A stretch of DNA of 33,269 nucleotides from NCBI GenBank assembly GCA_017450905.1, contig JAFSST010000045.1, positions 1-33,269 on the forward strand. The letters are read 5' to 3'. Under the pieces are notes generated by a model. The model ran no database searches. It was not told the origin of the DNA and worked only from the letters and a program-made list of their open reading frames with translations. Source of the stretch: Alphaproteobacteria bacterium. Lineage in GTDB: Bacteria > Pseudomonadota > Alphaproteobacteria > Rs-D84. Of the stretch, positions 1-7,724 are shown piece after piece. Each line of letters begins with the position of its first letter. Positions within the stretch are counted from its first letter, which is position 1. The translations under genes and the position numbers were made by a program.

Positions 1-2
1 GT

Positions 3-536
3 GTCGCGGCACGTATGTGGCCGTGGGTGGAAAAAAACAAAATACAATTATTTTCCAGATTTAATTTTTCACAATTTGCAAATAATAATGTGGATGAAAT
101 GGTGTCGAATTTTGCCGCCGCGGTTTCAAATGAATTCAGACACGGTGCCGGCGGGATTCAGGTTGTTTTGTCAAAGTCTGAGTTTGAATCATTTGTAACC
201 GGTATACATCCAATAGTTCAAGATTTGTTTTTTAATAAAAAATTTTCGATTGCGATAAATATCAATGAAACAGGTTTAAATGATTGGAAAAATATATTTG
301 AAATGGTCAATAAATTGAATACGGATTCGTTACTGGTCGTATCCGATGATGAAAAATTTGATGCGAAATCAGATTTTGTCGGCCGTGTTTTTGCTATGCT
401 GGAATCGTGGGACACACATGCAGAATTGCATTTGATGTTTGGCAAAAATATGCTGCGTGTCGGGCAAACGATTCGTCTGGTTGAAAAAATGCGACCGGAA
501 TTATCCGATAAAATAACGGTTTTTGTTTCGGATTAA
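3..536 (+). CDS. Hypothetical protein, 5'-truncated by the window edge; possibly a degenerate alpha/beta (TIM-barrel-like) fold
   Basis: Frame is open from base 3 to TAA at 534-536 and converges on trmB. No diagnostic motif recognised with confidence. Confidence 0.6.
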   Translation, partial: VAARMWPWVEKNKIQLFSRFNFSQFANNNVDEMVSNFAAAVSNEFRHGAGGIQVVLSKSEFESFVTGIHPIVQDLFFNKKFSIAININETGLNDWKNIFEMVNKLNTDSLLVVSDDEKFDAKSDFVGRVFAMLESWDTHAELHLMFGKNMLRVGQTIRLVEKMRPELSDKITVFVSD

Positions 537-1165
537 TTCACGTTTGTCAGTATCAGATATTTTGGTTCGGATGTTTTGGCCATATTTTTTGTTTGATACC
601 GTGTTTTTATGATTTCTGGTGCATTTTGATTAATTTTCAAATTGGTTTTTGAAACCTGGTCAACAATCCAATCGTAATATCCCCAATGGTCGGTACCGAT
701 AATAATTTTTCCACCCGTTGCCAGGTTTTTAGATAATAAATTTAGAAATTCGCCACTTAATAAACGTCTTTTTTCGTGTCGTGCCTTGGGCCAGGGGTCC
801 GGGTGCAACACCCAGATTTCTGAAAACCTGTATGTGTTTTTGTTCAAAATTAAACGCACATCATCGGGCCAAACGCGAATGTTTTTATATTCATCTTTGA
901 TTTTATTATCATCATCACAAATGGCCGAGAGCAGGGCGGCCACGCCGTTCACAAACGGTTCGGCACCAATTACAATCTTGTCAGGATTTGCGATGGCTAT
1001 TTCGCGGACGTGTTCGCCGGCACCGAATCCTATTTCCAAAATTTCGGTGTTTTCCGATTCGTTTGGTGCGATTTTGGGCAAGATGTTTTCCATCAGCCAC
1101 GCTTTGCGGACCGATAATTTTTTGCCATGACGGCGACCAAATGTTCTTATTTCTTGTTTTTCCAT
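533..1165 (-). CDS. trmB: tRNA (guanine-N7)-methyltransferase TrmB
   Basis: LEIGFGAGEH SAM-binding motif, GAEPF, PDPWPKARHEKRRL, GTDH. Confidence 0.95.
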   Translation of the reverse strand: MEKQEIRTFGRRHGKKLSVRKAWLMENILPKIAPNESENTEILEIGFGAGEHVREIAIANPDKIVIGAEPFVNGVAALLSAICDDDNKIKDEYKNIRVWPDDVRLILNKNTYRFSEIWVLHPDPWPKARHEKRRLLSGEFLNLLSKNLATGGKIIIGTDHWGYYDWIVDQVSKTNLKINQNAPEIIKTRYQTKNMAKTSEPKYLILTNVN

Positions 1166-1171
1166 ATTTTT

Positions 1172-1200
1172 AGTATAAAATGCAAAAGTTAGAAATACAA
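1172..1200 (-). promoter_or_regulatory. sigma70-type promoter for trmB (probably leaderless)
   Basis: Minus strand TTGTAT-N17-TATACT, then 6 nt, then the trmB ATG. Confidence 0.55.
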
Positions 1201-1210
1201 GGATTTGATT

Positions 1211-2785
1211 ATGAGACAGGGTTTATCCGAAGATTTAATCGCACGCGTTTTGGGTGTCGCACCGAAATATACGATTTCCGAATTAGAGGAAAAATTTCCG
1301 CCACGTGATTTGCCAGAGGGTGCGATGGTAACACGTTTCGCCCCCAGTCCGACCGGTATGATGCACCTTGGTGGTCTATACCAGGCATTGATTGATTCTA
1401 AATTGGCGTATGACAGCCATGGTGTATTTATGTTACGTATTGAAGACACGGACACCAAGCGTGAGGTCGTAGACGCGGTTACATTGATTATCAGTTCGTT
1501 AAAAAAATTCGGAATAAAATATAACGATATGCCCGAATATGGACCTTATTATCAATCAGAACGCAGGGATATTTATCATTCGGTTGCGGCGGAATTGTTG
1601 CGAACAGGGCGTGCGTATCCGTGCTTTTTAACGGCGGACGATATGGAACGCATACGCAGCGAACAATCAGCGGCTGGATTTGCAACCGGTATATACGGCG
1701 AATTTGCACGCGACCGCGATATAAGTGCGGAAGAAATTATTAAACATCTTGATAATGGTGAAATGCCAACAATTCGTTTGTATTCAACGGGCGACCCAGC
1801 AAAGCGAATTTTCTGCAAGGATGCGGTGCGTGGTTCGATTGGGTTCCCGGAAAATAACGAAGATATCGTTTTAATTAAATCAAATGATGGATTACCGACA
1901 TATCATTTTGCACACTTGTGCGATGATCATTTTATGCGGACAACCCATGTTATCCGTGGTGAAGAATGGTTGCCGTCATTACCGTTACACACGCAATTGT
2001 TTCGTATGATGGAATGGACACCACCATTGTATATTCATACTTCGACCATTGATAAAATAGACAGTGAAACCGGCAAGCAACGCAAATTGTCAAAACGTAA
2101 AGACCCGGAAAGTAATGTTGCGTTCTTTTTACAAGAAGGCTGGCCGACAATGGCTGTTTTAGAATACCTTGGTAATATCGCGGCATCTGGATACGAAGAG
2201 GCAAAGTTAAAGGGGATGGTTAAAACAATTTGGGAATACCCGATAAAACCAAAAAAGATTCCAATGTCGGGTGCGTTGTTTGATATGAAAAAATTGGAAT
2301 GGTGGGCAAAAGAGTATATAGGTGCGATGGCCGTTCCTGATTTGGTGAAATCGGTCACCGATTGGGCAAATGAATATGGCGATGAAAAACAAAAAATGCA
2401 GGTTGCGGATACAGATTATCTGACCGCGGTTTTGGCAATTGAACGCGATAAGCCGCGGCGTGTTCGTAAAGATTTTATCACATGGTCCCAGACATTGGAA
2501 ATCGTGGAATTTTTCTGGGATGAATTGTTTGTTGCAAATACCGAATACGAATATAACCGCGATGTGTTAAAGGCATTTTTGGAAACGTTTGATGTTGCCG
2601 ATGACAAAGACACTTGGTGGAATAAAATTGTTGAAATAGCTGGGAAATTCGGCATAAAGAACGGTGATGTGGCAATGAATTTACGCGTTGCGTTATCGGG
2701 CCGAACAAACACGCCGGATTTGTATTCCATAATGCAGGTAATGGGTGGGACCAGGGTAACAAAAAGAATCAAGGATTTATTATGA
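1211..2785 (+). CDS. gltX: Glutamate--tRNA ligase
   Basis: RFAPSPTG..HLGG (HIGH-like), LRIEDTD, PTYHFA..DDH, HVIRGEEW, KLSKR. ATG at 1211 follows AAGGA. Confidence 0.95.
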   Translation: MRQGLSEDLIARVLGVAPKYTISELEEKFPPRDLPEGAMVTRFAPSPTGMMHLGGLYQALIDSKLAYDSHGVFMLRIEDTDTKREVVDAVTLIISSLKKFGIKYNDMPEYGPYYQSERRDIYHSVAAELLRTGRAYPCFLTADDMERIRSEQSAAGFATGIYGEFARDRDISAEEIIKHLDNGEMPTIRLYSTGDPAKRIFCKDAVRGSIGFPENNEDIVLIKSNDGLPTYHFAHLCDDHFMRTTHVIRGEEWLPSLPLHTQLFRMMEWTPPLYIHTSTIDKIDSETGKQRKLSKRKDPESNVAFFLQEGWPTMAVLEYLGNIAASGYEEAKLKGMVKTIWEYPIKPKKIPMSGALFDMKKLEWWAKEYIGAMAVPDLVKSVTDWANEYGDEKQKMQVADTDYLTAVLAIERDKPRRVRKDFITWSQTLEIVEFFWDELFVANTEYEYNRDVLKAFLETFDVADDKDTWWNKIVEIAGKFGIKNGDVAMNLRVALSGRTNTPDLYSIMQVMGGTRVTKRIKDLL

Positions 2786-3531
2786 CTAAAACAAATGTCG
2801 TTAGAAAACGTTTAAAAAAAGTCAAAGAAGATAAACGTGCATCGCGTATGTTACGTGTTTTACGTGCCACGGGTTTATTCCGTTGGGAACGCCCCAGCAC
2901 CCACGCCGAAGAAGCGATGAATATATTAACGCATGGTATTGGTATCGGATTAGCTTTGGCGGGTTTGACGTTGTTGGTTGTTTTTGCGGCGATGTATGGG
3001 AACGCTTGGTCTGTTGTTTCGTGTGCTATTTTTGGTGTAACGATGTTCACACTTTATTTTGGTTCCACAATGTGCCATGCAACAATCGGTCAAAAAAGTG
3101 AATGTTTTTTCGAAGTATGGGACAGTGTCGCCATCTATGCGTTGATTGCCGGCACATACACACCCTTTTTGTTGGTAAATTTGCGTGGACCTCTGGGGTG
3201 GACAGTGTTTGGAATTTTGTGGGCGATTGTTATATTCGGTGCGGTCGTAAAAATTCGTAATCCGCATCAGCAACCAAAATGGGTCGTGGCATTGTATTTA
3301 ATAATGGGGTGGGCGTTGTTGTTTATATTGCCGGCAATGTTGCGAAACATTCCATCGCGTGGATTATGGTTTATTTTGGCGGGCGGTTTGTCATATTCAA
3401 TTGGTGTGGTTTTTTATCTGTGGCGGCGATTAAAGTTTTCGCATACTATTTGGCACCTGTTTGTGATTGGTGGAACGGTTTGTTTCTTCTTTGCTGTTCT
3501 GTATGGGGCAATTTTGGATTATGCCGCATAA
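2782..3531 (+). CDS. Hemolysin III / PAQR family membrane protein (TrhA-like)
   Basis: EE..N.LTHG, STMCH, IYALIAGTYTPF, YLIMGW, GGLSYSIG, HTIWHLFV; about 7 TM segments; ATGA overlap with gltX. Confidence 0.92.
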   Translation: MTKTNVVRKRLKKVKEDKRASRMLRVLRATGLFRWERPSTHAEEAMNILTHGIGIGLALAGLTLLVVFAAMYGNAWSVVSCAIFGVTMFTLYFGSTMCHATIGQKSECFFEVWDSVAIYALIAGTYTPFLLVNLRGPLGWTVFGILWAIVIFGAVVKIRNPHQQPKWVVALYLIMGWALLFILPAMLRNIPSRGLWFILAGGLSYSIGVVFYLWRRLKFSHTIWHLFVIGGTVCFFFAVLYGAILDYAA

Positions 3532-3571
3532 ATTTTTTCTTGTTAAAAAAATTAATTGATATAAAATCAAT

Positions 3572-3744
3572 ACTGATGCAATGTATTATTGCATTGGGCT
3601 TCAGAACCCATCAATAGGCGTCAGTGAAGACGTAAAAACTCCAACTTATCCAGGTTGGAGGGTGTGGAATATATTGAATAACACACGCAATTCCTGTTGA
3701 TTGTTCTGAAACTCCAACCACCTGTTTTTGGTGGTTTAGTTTTT
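3572..3744 (+). ncRNA. Candidate structured non-coding or cis-regulatory RNA, family unknown
   Basis: Hairpin ATGCAAT/ATTGCAT; long closing stem TTCAGAAC..ATCAATAGG (3600-3618) / CCTGTTGAT.GTTCTGAA (3693-3710) enclosing three hairpins; followed by a terminator-like hairpin. Strand inferred from G-U pairs and terminator polarity. Confidence 0.6.
3716..3744 (+). terminator. Intrinsic terminator-like hairpin
   Basis: AACCACC (3716-3722) / GGTGGTT (3730-3736) followed by TAGTTTTT. Confidence 0.55.
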
Positions 3745-3764
3745 GATATCAAAAAGGGGTTGAT

Positions 3765-4688
3765 ATGAGACGGATTTTTGCCAATTTGGTTGCGATTTTT
3801 ATTCCATCGCGTGAAATCAGACGGCGTGTTCGACACAAGATTTTATCTTGGAAGTTGTCTAATCTGAACAAGAAAAAGAAATATCGTCAGTTGAAATCAG
3901 AATGGTTTGCACGTAGTGGTATATTGTTGCCTGCCAGATTCAAAGAATATGATTTGATTATTCCGATGGGTGCAACTTGTCATGTTTCTTGGTTGTTAAA
4001 GGCGTTCAAATTGCGTTCTTTTTCAATGCCGTTTGAGTGGACTGGCGGGGCAGAGCCTGTTAATTGGTATGTTGATCCGTTTGTGCAACGTAATACGCGT
4101 TTTCGTGAAAAAATAGACGCGATTTGTAATGATTTCAAAGATTTTTATAATCCAGATGATTTTCGACAGATTACGGATTGGAATCCTGGGAAAAAGCACC
4201 ACATGGTGGTAAATGTTAAAACAAAAATACGATTTATGCATGCGTTCCCTGCAAAACAAAGTTTTGAATCTTATATGCCAGATTTTATAGATAAAACGAA
4301 AAGACGTTCCGAACGATTAATTGATGCCATAAAGATGTCCGATAAAATACTGTTTTGTTGGATACACAAAACATGGGATCAAATCGCTTTGATGGATGCG
4401 ATTGTTGATGATAGAGACATAAAATATGCAATAAAAGCATTGAAAAAGAAATATCCCAATAAAGAATTTGATTTTGTTTTTTTTGAACAAGATGGCACAA
4501 AAAAGAGATTCGAATTTGAAAAAAAACCCGTGTCAAATTGTGCGTTTCGGATAAAATCAAACCATTTTTTATTTGATTCTGAATATGAAACTTTGTGGCC
4601 TTTTGATGACAAATTTCATTCCCATATTCATGTTGTTTCTGAAATGTTGGACAACATAAAACTGTCAAAAAAAATCAAAAATGGGTAA
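3765..4688 (+). CDS. DUF1796 family putative papain-like cysteine peptidase
   Basis: YDLIIPMGATC...L....LRSFSMPFEW matches the DUF1796 (SLG..C...L....LR..S.PFDW) pattern, with RFMHAF downstream. Visibly AT-richer than its neighbours. Confidence 0.75.
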   Translation: MRRIFANLVAIFIPSREIRRRVRHKILSWKLSNLNKKKKYRQLKSEWFARSGILLPARFKEYDLIIPMGATCHVSWLLKAFKLRSFSMPFEWTGGAEPVNWYVDPFVQRNTRFREKIDAICNDFKDFYNPDDFRQITDWNPGKKHHMVVNVKTKIRFMHAFPAKQSFESYMPDFIDKTKRRSERLIDAIKMSDKILFCWIHKTWDQIALMDAIVDDRDIKYAIKALKKKYPNKEFDFVFFEQDGTKKRFEFEKKPVSNCAFRIKSNHFLFDSEYETLWPFDDKFHSHIHVVSEMLDNIKLSKKIKNG

Positions 4689-4695
4689 TCGAGAA

Positions 4696-4724
4696 TTGAC
4701 AATACGAAAAAATCGTATTACAAT
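4696..4724 (+). promoter_or_regulatory. sigma70 promoter P1 of the thrS leader
   Basis: TTGACA (4696-4701)-N17-TACAAT (4719-4724). Confidence 0.7.
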
Positions 4725-4734
4725 TACAGGTGCA

Positions 4735-4797
4735 ATGAATAAATTTAATTTTATCTTTACTGCATTTACAACTACAACCCCGTTTGGGGGACGGTAA
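4735..4797 (+). CDS. Putative thrS leader peptide MNKFNFIFTAFTTTTPFGGR
   Basis: 20-codon ORF just after a consensus promoter; 5 Thr codons including four in tandem (ACA ACT ACA ACC); directly upstream of thrS. Confidence 0.65.
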   Translation: MNKFNFIFTAFTTTTPFGGR

Positions 4798-4804
4798 TTT
4801 CTAT

Positions 4805-4833
4805 TTGCCTTTTTGTGGGCACATTTATATAAT
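4805..4833 (+). promoter_or_regulatory. Possible second sigma70 promoter P2 for thrS
   Basis: TTGCCT (4805-4810)-N17-TATAAT (4828-4833). Confidence 0.45.
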
Positions 4834-4879
4834 CAAACAGTTAAAAAAACAAAATATAAAAAACAGTGAGGATTTTATT

Positions 4880-6607
4880 ATGTCATATCCAATCGAATTA
4901 ATTCGTCATTCATTGGCACACGTAATGGCGGCGGCGGTAAAAAAATTGCACCCGGATGTTAAATTTGCGGGGGGACCTGCGATTGAAAACGGTTTCTATT
5001 ATGATTTTGATACCGAATATCGTTTTTCCGAAGATGATTTTGCGGCAATCGAAAAAGAAATGCGTGAATTGATTAAATCAAATGGTCGTTTCGAACAAAG
5101 AATCATTGATTTAGACGAAGCAAAACAGATTTTTGCCGACCAGCCATACAAAATGGAATGGTTGAACGAATATGATGCGGCGGGGGAAAAGTTATCTGTC
5201 TATACTTTCCGCGACTTTACCGATTTGTGTCGTGGTCCACACGTTGAAAGTTCCAAGGATTTGCCACGTGATGGTTTCAAGATTCGTGCCGTTGCCGGTG
5301 CATACTGGAAAGGTGATTCGAAAAATAAAATGTTGCAACGTATCTATGTTGATGCGTTTGCCAGCAAGGAAGAATTGGAATCTTTCCTTAAAATGCAGGA
5401 AGAGGCGGCAAAACGCGATCACCGTAAATTGGGCAAAGATATGGATTTGTTCCATTTTGAACCAGAGTATGCACCGGGTGCGGTGTTTTGGCACGACAAG
5501 GGTTATAAAGTTTATCGCCGCTTGATTGATTATATGCGTGCACGTCAAGAAAAGGCCGGGTATGTCGAAGTTTGCACACCAGCCGTAATGGACAGGGTTT
5601 TGTGGGAAACGTCCGGACACTGGGAAAAGTATGGTGCACATAATTACTCTGGCAAGACCGAAGATGGTCGTATGTTTTGTATCAAACCTATGAATTGCCC
5701 GGGGGGTGTTCTGGTATATCGTAATCTGTTGCGTTCGTATCGTGATTTGCCATTGCGTATGGCGGAATTCGGCAAAGTTAATCGTTATGAAGCATCTGGC
5801 TCTTTGATGGGGTTGATGCGTGTGCGTGAATTTACCCAAGATGATGCACATATTTTCTGCACACCCGAACAAATGGAATCTGAATGCATAGATACGTTAA
5901 AGTTGATTTTGGATATATACAAACAGTTTGGTTTTAACGAGGTTAAAATATATCTGTCAACACGACCAGAAAAGAGAATCGGATCTGACGAGATTTGGGA
6001 TTTATGCGAAAAATCTTTGTCTAATGCATTGACTGCTCATGGGTATGAATTTACCATAAATCCAGGGGAGGGTGCTTTTTATGGGCCAAAGTTAGAATTT
6101 ATATTACGTGATGCAATTGGACGTGAATGGCAATGCGGAACAATTCAGGTTGATATGAATTTGCCAGAACGATTTGATATTTCGTATATTGGCGAAGATG
6201 GCGAAAAACATCGACCTGTGATGTTGCATCGGGCTTTGTTTGGCTCTATTGAACGCTTTATGGGTATTTTGATTGAGAATCATGCGGGTAATTTGCCACT
6301 CTGGCTGTCGCCGGAACCGGTTGTTGTTGTGCCGATTTCCGAAAAATATCGCGAATATGCCGAATCGGTTGTCGCAGATTTGCGTGCAGCGGGTGTTTAT
6401 AGCCGTGCCGATTTGCGTGATGAAAAGGTTAATTACAAGGTTCGCGAATTGTCTGTGGCAAAAACCCCGATTATCGCGGTTGTTGGCGAAAAGGAAATGA
6501 ACGACAAAACTGTTACATTGCGCCGGTTGGGTGTTGAAAAACAGGAAGTTGTTTCGCTTTCTGATTTCGTTGCCCAGATGCAGAATGCGGTTAAATTGCC
6601 GTTGTAG
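4880..6607 (+). CDS. thrS: Threonine--tRNA ligase (lacks the N-terminal TGS domain)
   Basis: RHSLAH, GPAIENGFYYDF, DLCRGPH, RDHRKLG, KPMNCPG, RVREFTQDDAH, GAFYGPK, HRALFGSIERF. ATG 4880 follows GAGGA. Confidence 0.97.
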   Translation: MSYPIELIRHSLAHVMAAAVKKLHPDVKFAGGPAIENGFYYDFDTEYRFSEDDFAAIEKEMRELIKSNGRFEQRIIDLDEAKQIFADQPYKMEWLNEYDAAGEKLSVYTFRDFTDLCRGPHVESSKDLPRDGFKIRAVAGAYWKGDSKNKMLQRIYVDAFASKEELESFLKMQEEAAKRDHRKLGKDMDLFHFEPEYAPGAVFWHDKGYKVYRRLIDYMRARQEKAGYVEVCTPAVMDRVLWETSGHWEKYGAHNYSGKTEDGRMFCIKPMNCPGGVLVYRNLLRSYRDLPLRMAEFGKVNRYEASGSLMGLMRVREFTQDDAHIFCTPEQMESECIDTLKLILDIYKQFGFNEVKIYLSTRPEKRIGSDEIWDLCEKSLSNALTAHGYEFTINPGEGAFYGPKLEFILRDAIGREWQCGTIQVDMNLPERFDISYIGEDGEKHRPVMLHRALFGSIERFMGILIENHAGNLPLWLSPEPVVVVPISEKYREYAESVVADLRAAGVYSRADLRDEKVNYKVRELSVAKTPIIAVVGEKEMNDKTVTLRRLGVEKQEVVSLSDFVAQMQNAVKLPL

Positions 6608-6632
6608 TTATTAGTGGTTAGTGATTGGTGTA
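6605..6632 (+). repeat. Degenerate heptamer tandem repeat (TAGTGGT type)
   Basis: TAGTTAT TAGTGGT TAGTGAT TGGTGTA, starting at the thrS stop codon. Confidence 0.6.
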
Positions 6633-6646
6633 AGAGGGTGGTCCGT

Positions 6647-6672
6647 CCCGGCATCGCATTGACGGTGCCGGG
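6647..6672. repeat. GC-rich inverted repeat (hairpin)
   Basis: CCCGGCATCG-CATTGA-CGGTGCCGGG, a 10-bp stem with one G-U pair; no U-tract on the + strand. Confidence 0.6.
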
Positions 6673-6698
6673 TCGCGACAAAAAAGAAAGGACAGATA

Positions 6699-6839
6699 AT
6701 GAAAAAACTTTTGATGGTTATCGTTGCACTTTTACCGATTGCGTTGGCGGCGTGTTGTCATTGTGAAACAGAACCAATCGTGGAAGAAAATCATAAATTG
6801 ATTGTCCCACCAAATTTTGGTGCACGTCCCGTAAAATAA
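6699..6839 (+). CDS. Small lipoprotein, 46 aa (MKKLLMVIVALLPIALAACCHCETEPIVEENHKLIVPPNFGARPVK)
   Basis: SD GAAAGGA, MKK plus hydrophobic core plus LAAC lipobox. Too short for the supplied ORF track. Confidence 0.75.
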   Translation: MKKLLMVIVALLPIALAACCHCETEPIVEENHKLIVPPNFGARPVK

Positions 6840-6842
6840 TTT

Positions 6843-6871
6843 TTGGTATATTCGTTTTTTTATGGTATAAT
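6843..6871 (+). promoter_or_regulatory. sigma70 promoter for SPOR-tatA
   Basis: TTGGTA-N17-TATAAT with extended -10 TG. Confidence 0.55.
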
Positions 6872-6894
6872 GTTCCCAAAAGGGAGAATTTACC

Positions 6895-7695
6895 ATGAAT
6901 GATGAAAATTTGGATTTATTGGATTTAGACGACACTGATGCCGTTGCCGATGATAACTTGCCTGATGCAACCCCGTTTGTTGCACCGCGTCCGCATCGCC
7001 CTTGGGTTTTGCTGGGGATTGGTTTGGCTGTAATTATCTTGGCCGTTTTTATAATTATTAAAGTTGTGGGAAATAATTCTTCTTCGTCTATCGAGGTTGA
7101 TTTGGGTGCACCCGTTACAGTAGAAGAACGCCCCGTTGAAGTTATTGGTTCGGATGTTCAACCAACACCGGTTGTGCCGGCACCTGCGGTTGAATCTGGG
7201 GCTGTTGCCCCGGTCGCGGCCCCTGTTGTTCAGCCGGCACCCGCACCGGTTGCGGTTGCAAATCCGGCACCGGATACAACACAACAATCTGTTCGTGTTG
7301 TCCAGGACAGAAAGGAAGTAAAATTCCAACCGGAAAAGGCAACAGAAGCACCAAAACCAATTGTTAAACCGGCACCAAAACAGGTAAAAACCGCAACAAA
7401 ACCAAAACCTGCACCAAAGCCCGCAACCAAAACAACCCAAACCGTTGCCAATGGTGGTTGGTATGTTCAGTTTGGTTCGTATAGCACACGTGATGCCGCA
7501 AACGCAGCTGAAAAGAAAATACGCACAGGACATCCAAGTTTATTCCAAGGAAAACAGTTTGTCGTTTTGGCGGCGGTTTTACCGAACGGTCAAACAACAT
7601 ACAGATTGCGTATCGCATTCCCAACATCAAACGATGCTAATGGGTTCTGTCGCAACGCAAAATCTGATGGTTTGGATTGTTATGTAGCGAAATAG
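6895..7695 (+). CDS. SPOR-domain bitopic cell division protein (FtsN-like)
   Basis: Acidic N-terminus, single TM, Pro/Ala/Lys linker, C-terminal WYVQFGSY...YRLRI...A..FC......G.DC SPOR domain. Confidence 0.88.
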   Translation: MNDENLDLLDLDDTDAVADDNLPDATPFVAPRPHRPWVLLGIGLAVIILAVFIIIKVVGNNSSSSIEVDLGAPVTVEERPVEVIGSDVQPTPVVPAPAVESGAVAPVAAPVVQPAPAPVAVANPAPDTTQQSVRVVQDRKEVKFQPEKATEAPKPIVKPAPKQVKTATKPKPAPKPATKTTQTVANGGWYVQFGSYSTRDAANAAEKKIRTGHPSLFQGKQFVVLAAVLPNGQTTYRLRIAFPTSNDANGFCRNAKSDGLDCYVAK

Positions 7696-7713
7696 TGGTT
7701 TGTGGTTAGTGAA
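7693..7713 (+). repeat. Degenerate heptamer tandem repeat
   Basis: TAGTGGT TTGTGGT TAGTGAA, starting at the stop codon. Confidence 0.6.
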
Positions 7714-7724
7714 AGGAGTTTAAT

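Noticed and set aside
3572-3744. Identification as hammerhead, twister, retron msr-msd, SRP or tmRNA
   Set aside because: The CUGANGA/GAAA core is incomplete, there is no twister P4 element, no reverse transcriptase nearby, no SRP domain IV loop and no T-arm. A divergent 6S cannot be fully excluded without cmscan.
4784-4879. TTG-started extension of ThrS
   Set aside because: No SD, low-complexity AT-rich sequence, and it overlaps the leader; ATG 4880 has GAGGA.
5192-7533. Long antisense ORFs (5192-5872, 6925-7533) and similar shadow ORFs elsewhere
   Set aside because: They lie opposite well-supported genes and have no recognisable motifs.
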